A stretch of 64,000 bases of DNA from Limisphaerales bacterium (GCA_965657355.1 CBFHOE010000004.1:129160-193159); one strand, 5' to 3'. Positions 8,543 through 18,581 are shown, counted from the first letter of the stretch. A program made the numbers and translations. Notes: a model not told the origin generated them from the sequence alone.

Positions 8543-9552
8543 GAGCTCTTCTTAAAGATACCATTAAATTGTAGCCCTAAGATAACTTGCCCTGGAGATA
8601 AACCAAATTTCATTAAAAACCATCTGACTGATTTAATCTTCCAAATTGACGAAACTATTTTTGCTAGAGACTCGAATCGCTGTCCACCCATACGTCCAGA
8701 CTGCAATTTATAATCATAATATCGAGGGAAGAATAATTCGCCCTTTAGTCCGTGCTTTTTAAAGGCGCTTTTATATTTAAAAGCAGAATATTCATTTTCA
8801 TTGATATCTGAGTTTCTGTTTTCCTTGGACCCGTCCTCTCTTTTTGAGAAATTTTTAAGAAGCCCAGCAACGGGTTCATTCACTGCGATGACTTTTCCTC
8901 CTGGTTTCAAAACCCGGGATGCCTCGCTTGTTACTTTGTCTAAATCATTGGAGTGGTGTAAAGTAGCCGAGAAGATAATGATATCGAATCTTTCATTGGA
9001 ATATGGAAGATTGTTCATATCACCCAGAACCCTTATGGGAAGTTTTTTGGTTTGTTCCTTGCTATCAATCGAAAAATAAATATTGGTCGCAAAACACTCG
9101 CAACCCAGTTCGGAAAAGTAATTCAGGAATGGGTGATTGAGTTCACTTCCAACTTCGAGGACCTTCTCGTTGCCCTGGATTTTAATCTTCTCTATAGCCT
9201 GTTTAAAATGCAAAAGGCAGGACCCGTAATAGTCAAAAATCATATCTTTTGACATCTCACAGCGCTCTTCAAATGAGTCTACCTTTTCAATCGTGTGAAC
9301 TTTGAATTGCTCCGGATTTAAACTTGTGCGTCCGGTTTCCTCGATCATGCCCAGTAACTCATTTCTAGTATCATTGCTCAGATCATAGAGGCCATCGATA
9401 ATACCGTTATTTATAGGGTAACTCGTTTCACACGACTTACAGACATATTTGGTGTTTGCATCGTCATAATTCATAGGAAAGCTGGAGCACCGTAAGCACC
9501 TAAGGTCATTTCCTGCATATTGGTAGTTTTGTTCTGGTCCCTTAAATTCCAT
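8539..9552 (-). CDS. Class I SAM-dependent methyltransferase with an N-terminal zinc-ribbon (Trm112-like) motif
   Basis: 337-aa ORF. Motifs: CLRCSS...CKSCETSYPINNGIIDG (4-Cys ribbon), VLEVGSE (motif I-like), FDIIIFSATLHH and LKPGGKVIAVNEP. Confidence 0.7.
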   Translation of the reverse strand: MEFKGPEQNYQYAGNDLRCLRCSSFPMNYDDANTKYVCKSCETSYPINNGIIDGLYDLSNDTRNELLGMIEETGRTSLNPEQFKVHTIEKVDSFEERCEMSKDMIFDYYGSCLLHFKQAIEKIKIQGNEKVLEVGSELNHPFLNYFSELGCECFATNIYFSIDSKEQTKKLPIRVLGDMNNLPYSNERFDIIIFSATLHHSNDLDKVTSEASRVLKPGGKVIAVNEPVAGLLKNFSKREDGSKENRNSDINENEYSAFKYKSAFKKHGLKGELFFPRYYDYKLQSGRMGGQRFESLAKIVSSIWKIKSVRWFLMKFGLSPGQVILGLQFNGIFKKSS

Positions 9553-9631
9553 GAATCTACTGCAATTTTTATATGCTTTTTTACCCTGAAAAATAAGCTG
9601 CCAATTCCTCTTTGGAAAGCGCAGCGCCGTG

Positions 9632-10702
9632 TCACTTTAAGCAAGATTTAAAATCTGCAATCAACCTATCAACGTCTTCTTCCTGCGTGTCCCATGAGCA
9701 CATCAATCGATAGCCATCCTCGCCAATAAAATTATAAAAAATCCAACCCTTTCTATACATTTTCTCAACAATGTTTTTGGGTATTGCTGCGAAAATGGAG
9801 TTTGCCTGGCATGGGAATAAAACCTTTATTTCTGAGATTTCCCGGATTCTGGAATCTAACTTTTTGGCCATCTCATTTGAGTGGTTTGCATTTTTCAACC
9901 AAGTGTCATTTTTTAATAACCCAATCCAGGGTGCTGATAAGAATCGCATTTTCGAGGCAAGCTGTCCTGATTGCTTGCACCTATAATCAAATTCATGGGC
10001 TAGCTCCTGATTAAAAAATACGACCGCTTCCCCGATCCCGATCCCATTTTTAGTTCCACCGAAGCACAAAACATCCACGCCGGCTTTCCAAGTGATTTCC
10101 TTGGGCTGTATACCCAATGCGGTTACTGCATTTGCAAATCGAGCCCCGTCCATATGCAATAATAAACCATGTTTTCTGGTCATTTCATGGATGGATTGCA
10201 ATTCTTCAACGGAGTAAACTGTTCCGAATTCAGTGGCTTGCGTCAATGAGATTGCTCTCGGTTTTGGATAGTGAAGATCATTTCGTTTTAAAATTTCAGA
10301 TTCGATTGCTGATGAGTTTAATTTTCCATTCTCTCCCTCGAGTAGAATAACTTTTGCGCCATTGGAAAAAAACTCAGGTGCACCGCATTCATCACGTTCA
10401 AGGTGAGCGTACTTGTGACACAATATGCTGTGGTAGCTCTGGCACATAGACGACAGCGAAAGAGAATTTGCCGCGGTCCCGTTGAAAACAAAATATACCT
10501 GACAATCGGTTTCAAAAATATCTCGGATTTGATTTGCAACCGATTCAGTCCAAGTGTCCTCTCCATACCCCCTGGAGTGGCCGATATTGCAATTTTCAAA
10601 TGCAGTCCACGCTTCTGGGCAAATGCCGGAGTAATTATCACTGGCAAACTGCCTGTTCAGCGGCTCCTCATGATTTACTATAAAATTTTCGCCCATCCAC
10701 AA
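9632..10702 (-). CDS. ltaE: Low-specificity threonine aldolase-like PLP enzyme (beta-eliminating lyase fold)
   Basis: 356-aa ORF. Motifs: FASDNYSGICPEA, GYGEDTWT, FVFNGTAANSL, HMDGARFANA and FGGTKNG (PLP lysine). Confidence 0.7.
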   Translation of the reverse strand: MWMGENFIVNHEEPLNRQFASDNYSGICPEAWTAFENCNIGHSRGYGEDTWTESVANQIRDIFETDCQVYFVFNGTAANSLSLSSMCQSYHSILCHKYAHLERDECGAPEFFSNGAKVILLEGENGKLNSSAIESEILKRNDLHYPKPRAISLTQATEFGTVYSVEELQSIHEMTRKHGLLLHMDGARFANAVTALGIQPKEITWKAGVDVLCFGGTKNGIGIGEAVVFFNQELAHEFDYRCKQSGQLASKMRFLSAPWIGLLKNDTWLKNANHSNEMAKKLDSRIREISEIKVLFPCQANSIFAAIPKNIVEKMYRKGWIFYNFIGEDGYRLMCSWDTQEEDVDRLIADFKSCLK

Positions 10703-10789
10703 ACCAAAATACAGACTTCTGACCGATGGTCCGAGATCAAAATTGTGCCAGTCGTTAAATCCTTATAATTTGTACATTCTCACAATTCA

Positions 10790-11686
10790 TCATTTTTGAC
10801 TGGCAAATATAGCTAATAGCACAGCGCCGGTCATAATAAGCGTGCCGGTAACTCGAAGTATCCAACCCCGGCCGCTAGATTTTTTTTCTGAATTTGTGAA
10901 ATACTGGCCTAGAAACCATACAATGATGAGGGCCCACAAGCCTCGAGATGAATAAACGACATTAACTCCAGTTGGATTATTAAAAAAACCAATCGAAATG
11001 CCCATAAGCATGGCTTGAATTGTTGTCCAAATCGCTCCTAGGCAAATGCTTTTGGTAGCCTTTTTGCCCATCTTTGAAAGAGGTGCCTTAAAAAAAGGAA
11101 TGAGCCCAAATGAATACAAAGCGGCCACCAAAAACATTACCGCATTAAATCCAAAGACCCCAAAATCCTTAGCCCACCGTGCAACAAGCGTATCGCAAAT
11201 ACCGAAAAAACTTGCCGAGATGATGGTATAGATAACACCTTTACTAATGATTTCACCAGGCTTCAAATTGCTCCACCCCAATATAAAAATGGCAATTGCT
11301 GTCATAAATGCCGCCGCCCACATTCCTGCAGGTAAACCTTTGTCGTGCAGATATAAGGATGAAGTTAGAGCGACAAATATAGTTTTTGTGCCCAAAATGG
11401 GAGTTACTAATGAAACATCAGAAACACGTATGCCTAAAAATGTAAATAAATGCCCAAAAAAGAATAAAGTTCCGACCAGTATGGGTTGCCATACATCCCC
11501 CCAAGGGCGATCAAAACCATCAATGAACGCCAGTGGTATGAATCCAAAAGCCAAGAACCAATTATTGATGAAAAATGTTCTCATCAAACCGGCCCCATTT
11601 TTAAATCCTTGTTTATAATACAATGCCCCGACCGCATAGAATACAGCCGCAAAAAAAGGAAGCCAGAGGTAGGTGGGCTGATTCAA
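10790..11686 (-). CDS. DMT/EamA-family transporter
   Basis: 298-aa ORF with about 10 hydrophobic helices arranged as two similar halves, which is typical of EamA-domain permeases. Confidence 0.6.
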   Translation of the reverse strand: MNQPTYLWLPFFAAVFYAVGALYYKQGFKNGAGLMRTFFINNWFLAFGFIPLAFIDGFDRPWGDVWQPILVGTLFFFGHLFTFLGIRVSDVSLVTPILGTKTIFVALTSSLYLHDKGLPAGMWAAAFMTAIAIFILGWSNLKPGEIISKGVIYTIISASFFGICDTLVARWAKDFGVFGFNAVMFLVAALYSFGLIPFFKAPLSKMGKKATKSICLGAIWTTIQAMLMGISIGFFNNPTGVNVVYSSRGLWALIIVWFLGQYFTNSEKKSSGRGWILRVTGTLIMTGAVLLAIFASQK

Positions 11687-11721
11687 AATCAGATATATTT
11701 ATAGAAATTCGGGTATTATCC

Positions 11722-12810
11722 TCAAACAGGGCGATACCAATTATCTCTCTGTAGCGGTTGGTATCCTAAATCTGAAATAAGTCTTTTCATATCCTCAACA
11801 GTCATTTGAAACGTCGTGCCCGCTTTCGATACGACATTTTCTTCAATCATTATACTGCCTAGGTCATTAGCTCCATATTTTAAGGCAACTTGACCAACCT
11901 CTAGACCCTGAGTAACCCAGGAACTTTGAATGTTATCAATATTATCCAGATAAATACGGCTTAAGGCTTGCGTCTTAAGATACTCATGGGCCCCAACTGG
12001 ATCGGCTTTTAATCGCGTATTATCTGCCTGAAAGGTCCAGCATATAAAAGCTGTAAAACCCTTGGATTTATCTTGTTGCTGTCGAACTCTCTCCAAATGC
12101 TCTAATCGATGTCGTAGATTTTCGACGTGACCAAACATCATCGTGACAGAACTTGCGAGACCCAAATCATGGGCTACGTCCATGACTTCTAGCCAGTCGT
12201 TAGACATTGCTTTGAGGGGGGCAATCTTATTACGAATGCTATCAACTAGAATTTCTCCACCGCCACCAGGGATAGAGCCGAGGCCTGCATCGCGGAATTT
12301 TATCAACAGTTCTCTTATTGGCATGTCAAAGACGTCTCGGAAATGAATAAATTCGCTTGGACTGAACGCATGGATGTTGAGCGCAGGAAACTTGTCTTTG
12401 ATATGAGACAGTAAATCCAGATACCAATTTAAGCTGAGTGAAGGGTGATGCCCACCCTGCATCAATATTTGAGTGCCTCCTAGGTCTATAGTTTCCTGGA
12501 TTTTTTGATCGATCTCATCGTGCGAAATAACGTAGGCATCAGGTTTCGATTCGGTCCTGTAGAACGCACAAAACTTGCAATAGACATTACAAATGTTCGT
12601 GTAATTTATGTTACGATCGACGATGTAAGTGACAATTTCATTTCCACGCCCGTCGAAGGCTCCTTCCTTGGCCAATTGGCGGCGTCTATTTGCGAGTATA
12701 GCGAGTTCCTCTAATGGCGAATTATAGAGGACCTCGGCTTCACTTAAGCTGATTCTTTCTCCCTTCCACACCTTGTGCAGAAGGGCATCACTGGATCGGG
12801 TGGCAACCAT
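11722..12810 (-). CDS. Radical SAM enzyme of the futalosine menaquinone pathway (MqnC/MqnE family)
   Basis: 362-aa ORF. Motifs: VDRNINYTNICNVYCKFCAFYR (CxxxCxxC cluster in the CofH/Mqn context), GGTQILMQGGHHP and TMMFGHVE. I cannot separate MqnC from MqnE by eye. Confidence 0.75.
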   Translation of the reverse strand: MVATRSSDALLHKVWKGERISLSEAEVLYNSPLEELAILANRRRQLAKEGAFDGRGNEIVTYIVDRNINYTNICNVYCKFCAFYRTESKPDAYVISHDEIDQKIQETIDLGGTQILMQGGHHPSLSLNWYLDLLSHIKDKFPALNIHAFSPSEFIHFRDVFDMPIRELLIKFRDAGLGSIPGGGGEILVDSIRNKIAPLKAMSNDWLEVMDVAHDLGLASSVTMMFGHVENLRHRLEHLERVRQQQDKSKGFTAFICWTFQADNTRLKADPVGAHEYLKTQALSRIYLDNIDNIQSSWVTQGLEVGQVALKYGANDLGSIMIEENVVSKAGTTFQMTVEDMKRLISDLGYQPLQRDNWYRPV

Positions 12811-13341
12811 TACCTATAATTTATCTCAGGAACTAAAATCCACAAGATACTATCGATTTTTGAGATTTTGCCTTGAAAAGCTTTCCCTATACAAAATCAA
12901 AAGTTATGACGATTTCTTGACTTTGCCCGCATCTTTCAACCACTACCATATTGTAAGTCATTCGCACATGGATCACGAAATCTTCCTCCCGCAATGGTTC
13001 ATTAGGCATTTTTATTTGTTAAAGGCGGATTCTCTGAGGACATTGCTAAACTGGACTGAATTGGTCGCTCTGCAAATTTTCCAAGAGTCAAATTCACTCA
13101 CAATGAATAGGCCAGGGCGGGACGCTCTTCTCAGGCATAATAGCTATTGTGGACGCCTTCATGGAATGCGAAGAGCTGCGATAATTAGTCTATTAGAATA
13201 CCACAAATCGAGGTGAAACTTATGCTAAAACTTCGTCGTTTATTGCATCTTCTAACACAAATTAACATATTCTGCGTGTTTGTATAAAAGTAGAAAGTTG
13301 ACGAAAATTGCGGGATTTTTGTTGGAAAAGGTTGAAAAAAG

Positions 13342-13416
<75 letters not shown>

Positions 13417-13503
13417 GAAAAGCTTGTGCGCTGAACGCAAGGGCTAATGTGATTACTTGATAATGAACGAATATGCAAGAGCGAAATTCATTTGCTACAA
13501 AAG

Positions 13504-13549
13504 AAGGTCGGAATCTCTTGAGCCTGATAATTTCCGAGATTCCGACCTT
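13504..13549 (-). terminator. Candidate intrinsic terminator downstream of cca (14-bp perfect hairpin)
   Basis: AAGGTCGGAATCTC (13504-13517) pairs perfectly with GAGATTCCGACCTT (13536-13549), with an 18-nt loop. On the minus strand the hairpin is followed by CTTCTTTTGT. The large loop and the 224-nt distance from the cca stop lower confidence. Confidence 0.4.
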
Positions 13550-13772
13550 GAGCAGCTCTTTTACCAAAAGGTTGCAAATTTTTGCATGTTGCCATCTTGC
13601 ATGGCTCTCCCAGGTGACCGGTTGCGAACTTTATTGAAGGGGAAAAAATTCGCTGTTTTTTGAGGTTCTAGGACTAGAAGTTAAAAATTTGCTACCTCTA
13701 AATATGAATTCGTATTTTGGATTATATTATTTCAAATTTTTTGAAAAAGATTCAGGAAGGATGGTCTGAATT

Positions 13773-15152
13773 TCAGGATAAACGTTTTACAAGCCAATTT
13801 TGAGCTGACTTTCTATCTATTATTTTCTCCTCGAGCTGTGCCTCGTAAGCCTGCCTCAAAATCTGTCCAAAAAGTGGCGATGGGGATAGGCCTTTCGCTA
13901 TTAAGTCTTTGCCAGTAAGCAAGGCTGGGGGTGGAGCTTTGTCGATGGCTAAATCCAAAGCACGTGCATGTAGTTCTTCTAGCCATTCTAAATCTATTTT
14001 ATTTAGAGACGAGCGGCCGATATTGTCGGCTTTCATTAATATGCAGAGCGATGATATGGATGAAGGCCTTAATCTATGAGCTAGTTTTTGAATAGCCTTG
14101 TTACTCTTAGCCATCCTTCCATTCATATGCTCTGCAACTAGAGGCTGAATTTTATTTACGTGATGCTTTGGACAATCAATAAAATTAAGAAATTCACCTG
14201 CGAGCCTTGTGCCAACTTTATCATGCTTAGGTGAGACGATTCTCTCGTGGCCATTTTTATCGACTTTTTCCGTCGTCGCCGGTTTGCCAAAATCATGTGT
14301 CAAAGCCGCAAACATAAGTTCGAGCCTATCTTTGGCATTGGAATCCTGAAATTCATTTATTCGCGCCATGGCGTCGCAAACAAGAAGAGTATGAATCCAA
14401 ACATTTCCCTCTGGGTGCCATATAGGGTCTTGCGGGGTTTGTATTAATTGCTTTAACCATGGATAGTGATCGATCCATTTAGTTTGGTTTAAAAAGTTTA
14501 AACCAGCGGATGGGTATAGAGACAATTGAGCCCATTTTGCCCATTCCTGCCACACTCTTTCTTTTGGTAGTTCTGATATTTGGTGTTTTATGGATTGGCA
14601 AAGATTTATCGTCTTATCCTCTGCTTTTAGATTAAAACGACCGGCTAATTGCATCCCCCTCAATACTCTTAATGGGTCTTCAGAAAAAGCTGGTCCAACG
14701 TGCTTGAGAATACCTTGCTCCAAGTCAGACTTTCCATCGAAAGGGTCGTATATTCTATCCTCCAATGGATGGTAGAGTATGGCATTGATGGTGAAATCTC
14801 TTCTTGCGCAAGCATCCATTTTTGTAAGAAAAGGATCTACTTTGATATTGAACCCTTTGTGGCCTGGACCCATTTTTGAATCCCTTCGAGGTAGAGAAAA
14901 ATCCAATGCCATTCCAGACCTCGTTTTTAACTTAAGGGTTCCGAAAGATTTTCCAACTAAATCTGTTCTGCCGAATTTACTCAGTTGTGATTCGAGTTCG
15001 TCAAAGCCAACGCCATAAACTTCGACGTCGAAGTCGATGACGCGTCTGTTTGAAAGTAAGTCCCTCACACATCCACCCACGAGATACCCCTGCTTCAAAG
15101 CAGGCGCTTTTAGAAAGATTGTTGTGAGTTCCTCTGGTAATTCAAACCTCAT
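13773..15152 (-). CDS. cca: CCA-adding enzyme (tRNA nucleotidyltransferase) with HD domain
   Basis: Motifs: GYLVGGCVRDLL, DFDVEV, RRDFTINA and the HD motif LTHDFGKP. The ORF track starts at a TTG (15182). I prefer the in-frame ATG at 15152 (MRFELPEE...). Confidence 0.85.
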   Translation of the reverse strand: MRFELPEELTTIFLKAPALKQGYLVGGCVRDLLSNRRVIDFDVEVYGVGFDELESQLSKFGRTDLVGKSFGTLKLKTRSGMALDFSLPRRDSKMGPGHKGFNIKVDPFLTKMDACARRDFTINAILYHPLEDRIYDPFDGKSDLEQGILKHVGPAFSEDPLRVLRGMQLAGRFNLKAEDKTINLCQSIKHQISELPKERVWQEWAKWAQLSLYPSAGLNFLNQTKWIDHYPWLKQLIQTPQDPIWHPEGNVWIHTLLVCDAMARINEFQDSNAKDRLELMFAALTHDFGKPATTEKVDKNGHERIVSPKHDKVGTRLAGEFLNFIDCPKHHVNKIQPLVAEHMNGRMAKSNKAIQKLAHRLRPSSISSLCILMKADNIGRSSLNKIDLEWLEELHARALDLAIDKAPPPALLTGKDLIAKGLSPSPLFGQILRQAYEAQLEEKIIDRKSAQNWLVKRLS

Positions 15153-15282
15153 TTTAATTCTGCCTGAGTTTTGTCTACGCAAAAGTGATTAGCCGACCGG
15201 CAAAGCAAACGTAAGTTCGATTACAAGATGAGTGGAAAAAAGAAAATTCAAAAGCATGGCTGAGTGTCTTTACAGATTCATA

Positions 15283-16629
15283 TTATGGCTTTGTGATAAA
15301 ATCTTCTCTGTAAGACATTTTTAGAATCTGCTGGACTCTATTACCTGTAAATGGAGTAAATTGAGGCCTACCTTTTACTATGAGCTGAGGCATGGACCCT
15401 TTGCCATATTTTTTGTAATGTGAGCCGTAGATGCTTGTAGAAATATCAATTTGTTTTTGTGTCCAAGGTGATAGTAAATAACTAACTAACTTTTCTGTGT
15501 TTGTTATCTCCTTGGCTAATTTTAGGGCATCTTGATATTTGGGGAATGCTGGCATGTCTAGTATTTCTTTGTCCCACCAGTGAAAGGATTTGGGGTCGGT
15601 CCTATACAAAGACATTGCTAGTTTGGCAAATTCACATGCTTCAATATGGGCTTTTTGTGTTTTAAAGCCACGAGCGGCAAGCGTGGTATTGCATTGTGCG
15701 TCAAGAGGCATAGGGGCAATGATAAAAGCAAACTTCTCAGGATACTGTCGAGTGATCCTGGTCAGCGTTTTGTGAAGGTTACGACAATATTTGCAAGTGT
15801 AGTCAACTAAAACAATGTCGATATGATCTGCTTCCTCGCTTCCAATTATTGGCATTTTCTCCACATCTAAACCGTATGTATTGACCATTCTCTCTGCTCG
15901 AGTCTTTTTATTCGAACTCGGAGAATTGGTTGATATTATGGTTTGCTTGTGTTGGCTCAACTCCTTTTGTCCAACCAGTTGAGGCTCCGGATTATCTGGT
16001 TCATTTCCAACAAATACCTGGGCCGTGATCGTCAAAAACCAGGCCATAATTGCAGTCCCATAAACCGCCTTGATCGACCTAGTTGTTGATTTTGCTAGTT
16101 TCGTTTTCCATACGAGTATTCCCGCAACAGAGGCGAAGACATGGGTGGCGATGCAATACGGACAGTATGATCCAATAATAAAAACCTGTAATCCGACAAA
16201 ATAAATAGCAGATAAAACCACAAGAATACTGCTTGCATTCCCTAGTAAATCGAGATTCCTCTTTCCTTTGAGAGATAAACCATGACTCAAACCTATAATG
16301 ATATACAGAGGCAAGGCGAGGAGGCTGACTGGGATTGGTCCAATGTAGGCATACTTGCTGGATAAGACATCATCACAGTTTGAATCTGGCCCACACCCAG
16401 CTGCTTGTGCACCCAATAAAGTCGTTCGCAGCAAATAAATGGTTATCCCAATTGCAGCGATTACAAAAATAAATCCTAAATAGTGGCGCCCCTTTTTTGA
16501 TTCTTTGTTTTCATCAATGGGGCTCTTTCGTGGGCCAGTCGTCTTGACTTCTTCTCTACCGTTTTCTTGTTGTTCGTTATTCGGTTTAGATTCTTGTTTC
16601 AGTTTTTTAAGTCTTGATTTCTTACCCAT
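15283..16629 (-). CDS. VKOR (vitamin K epoxide reductase family) fused to a DsbA/thioredoxin-like periplasmic domain
   Basis: 448-aa ORF. It has a Lys-rich N-terminal tail, then TM helices with the loop cysteines GCGPDSNCDDVLSSKYA and the active site CPYC. A further TM helix is followed by a domain with DYTCKYC (CxxC). Confidence 0.8.
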   Translation of the reverse strand: MGKKSRLKKLKQESKPNNEQQENGREEVKTTGPRKSPIDENKESKKGRHYLGFIFVIAAIGITIYLLRTTLLGAQAAGCGPDSNCDDVLSSKYAYIGPIPVSLLALPLYIIIGLSHGLSLKGKRNLDLLGNASSILVVLSAIYFVGLQVFIIGSYCPYCIATHVFASVAGILVWKTKLAKSTTRSIKAVYGTAIMAWFLTITAQVFVGNEPDNPEPQLVGQKELSQHKQTIISTNSPSSNKKTRAERMVNTYGLDVEKMPIIGSEEADHIDIVLVDYTCKYCRNLHKTLTRITRQYPEKFAFIIAPMPLDAQCNTTLAARGFKTQKAHIEACEFAKLAMSLYRTDPKSFHWWDKEILDMPAFPKYQDALKLAKEITNTEKLVSYLLSPWTQKQIDISTSIYGSHYKKYGKGSMPQLIVKGRPQFTPFTGNRVQQILKMSYREDFITKP

Positions 16630-16663
16630 AGGATCAGCGGCCTGGTTGTGAAAAATTGTTTGA

Positions 16664-17521
16664 TTATTTATCGAGCGAGTAAAAAGAAGTCGTATTATTC
16701 AGGTATATATCTTTTTGCTCACTTTCAGAGAAGTCAGCAAAGTAATCATCAAATGTATGGGCAACTTTTTGGTAGGAACCAGCTAGTGTGCATACCGGCC
16801 AGTCCGATCCAAACATGATTCTTTTGGTCGAGAAGCATTCAACGATCCAGTCCATATATGGCGTTAAGTCGTTTAATTTCCATCCAGTCCAGTCAGCTTC
16901 AGTTATCATACCAGAAATCTTACAACTGACGTTTTTATAGTGAGACAGTTTTTTGATTAATGATTTCCATTGATCACCTTCACCATCCTTGATGTTAGGT
17001 TTTGCTATATGATCCAGGACAAACGACTGATTTGGAAATTTTCCAACGAGAGATATGGCAGCAGGTAGTTGTTTGGGAAAAATCAAAATATCATATGTCA
17101 GACCAAATTTTTCAAGTTCGGATATGCCATTCTGAAATTCCTTGCCCAACATAAAATCCACATCAGGTTCGTCCTGCACAACGTGTCTCACTCCTTTAAA
17201 CTTAGAGTGAGGAACAAACTGAGCGATTTGATCTGCAACATTTTTTGATCTTAGATCGACCCAGCCAACTACCCCCTTTATTAGATCTGGTGCCTCATCG
17301 GCTAGCTCGAGAAGCCACTTGGACTCTTTTATCGTTTGCCTCGCTTGCACCGCTACAGATCCATCAAATGAGGTGCCTTTCTGAAGGGTTTTAAGATCTT
17401 GAGGCAATCTGTCTTGTCTGAGTGGAGCTAAAGGCGCTGCATCCATCCAAGAATATTCTGTTTTAGAATAAACCCAAAAATGTTGGTGTGAATCAATTCC
17501 TTTAAATGAATTTTCAGACAT
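16664..17521 (-). CDS. Amidohydrolase-2 family sugar lactonase (L-fucono/L-galactono-1,5-lactonase-like, cog3618 type)
   Basis: 285-aa ORF. The N-terminal IDSHQHFWVYSKTEYSWMD...LRQDRLPQDL matches the pattern of characterised cog3618 lactonases. FGSDWPV lies near the C-terminus. Confidence 0.75.
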   Translation of the reverse strand: MSENSFKGIDSHQHFWVYSKTEYSWMDAAPLAPLRQDRLPQDLKTLQKGTSFDGSVAVQARQTIKESKWLLELADEAPDLIKGVVGWVDLRSKNVADQIAQFVPHSKFKGVRHVVQDEPDVDFMLGKEFQNGISELEKFGLTYDILIFPKQLPAAISLVGKFPNQSFVLDHIAKPNIKDGEGDQWKSLIKKLSHYKNVSCKISGMITEADWTGWKLNDLTPYMDWIVECFSTKRIMFGSDWPVCTLAGSYQKVAHTFDDYFADFSESEQKDIYLNNTTSFYSLDK

Positions 17522-17540
17522 AAAAGAAAAAATTTATACT

Positions 17541-18581
17541 TTATTGCAGAACAGCATCATCAACTTCGATGATAGCTTTTATGGCACCCGTTTCTGGCTT
17601 TACAAAATTTTCAAAAGTTTCATCCAGTTGGCTCAACTTTGTGTGATGTGTAATCCATGTATTAGTATTAATATTTCCTTCTTCGATCAGTTTTATAATT
17701 CGTGTAAAGTCCGAGGCAACGGCATTTCTGGAGCATAAAATAGAACCTTCTTTTCTGTGGAGGATGGGGTGTAGAAAAGATATTTCCTGGGTAGTGATGC
17801 CCACGTAAACCAAGCGACCGGTATGTGCCAGATAATGTATAGCATTGGACATTGAATTATTGTTTCCCGTGGCGTCGACGACCACGTTAAATCCATTACC
17901 ATTGGTGATAGAATCGAAAGCCTTTTTTTCCGATTCATCGCCTTTGAAAGGAACAATATGATGAACTCCCAGTTTTTCTTTGCAAAAATTGAGCCGACTT
18001 TCATTCATATCTAGAACAGTGATTTCACTGCCGGTAAGCCGGGCAAATTCAATAACAGAAAGACCTATTGGGCCGGCCCCAATCACCAGGGTTTTTTCCT
18101 TCGGAGTTGGGTTGCCCCTGTCAATCGCATGACATCCAATCGCAAGCGTCTCGACAAGTGCAAGTTGCTCAAAAGAAAGGGAGGAGCTTGGGTGAAGTTT
18201 GTCTGCCCGTATGTTGAAAAAAGGTCGCATGCCACCATCAATATGGACTCCAATGACTTCTAAGTTTTCGCAGCAGTTTGTATAACCACGTCTGCTGGAG
18301 AAACTCTCAATGTTGTTCATATATGGCTCAACTGAACATTTGTCGCCAGGGCTTACATTGGAGACATCCGAGGCGACCTCCACTACTTCCACCCCCAGTT
18401 CATGCCCAGGAATCCTTGGGTAACTAAAGAATGGCATTTTGCCTAAAAATCCTGAAATGTCGGTCCCACAAATCCCGATGTTATGGACCCTGACTTTTGC
18501 CATCCCAGCACTTAATGGCTCTATTTTTGGGGCTTCTTTAATAGAAATTTTTCCTGGTTCTTCAAAATATGCTGCTTTCAT
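17541..18581 (-). CDS. Zinc-dependent medium-chain dehydrogenase (L-galactonate/sugar-acid dehydrogenase-like)
   Basis: 346-aa ORF. Motifs: GICGTD, PFFSYPRIPGHE (catalytic Zn site) and the Rossmann motif GAGPIGL. Confidence 0.75.
   Translation of the reverse strand: MKAAYFEEPGKISIKEAPKIEPLSAGMAKVRVHNIGICGTDISGFLGKMPFFSYPRIPGHELGVEVVEVASDVSNVSPGDKCSVEPYMNNIESFSSRRGYTNCCENLEVIGVHIDGGMRPFFNIRADKLHPSSSLSFEQLALVETLAIGCHAIDRGNPTPKEKTLVIGAGPIGLSVIEFARLTGSEITVLDMNESRLNFCKEKLGVHHIVPFKGDESEKKAFDSITNGNGFNVVVDATGNNNSMSNAIHYLAHTGRLVYVGITTQEISFLHPILHRKEGSILCSRNAVASDFTRIIKLIEEGNINTNTWITHHTKLSQLDETFENFVKPETGAIKAIIEVDDAVLQ

Noticed and set aside
12773-13216. 147-aa plus-strand ORF beginning inside the mqn-family gene.
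   Set aside because: The first third overlaps the 5' end of the opposite-strand gene, and there is no recognisable domain or ribosome-binding site. Only the ATG-initiated 82-codon sub-ORF is kept, as a low-priority lead in the findings.
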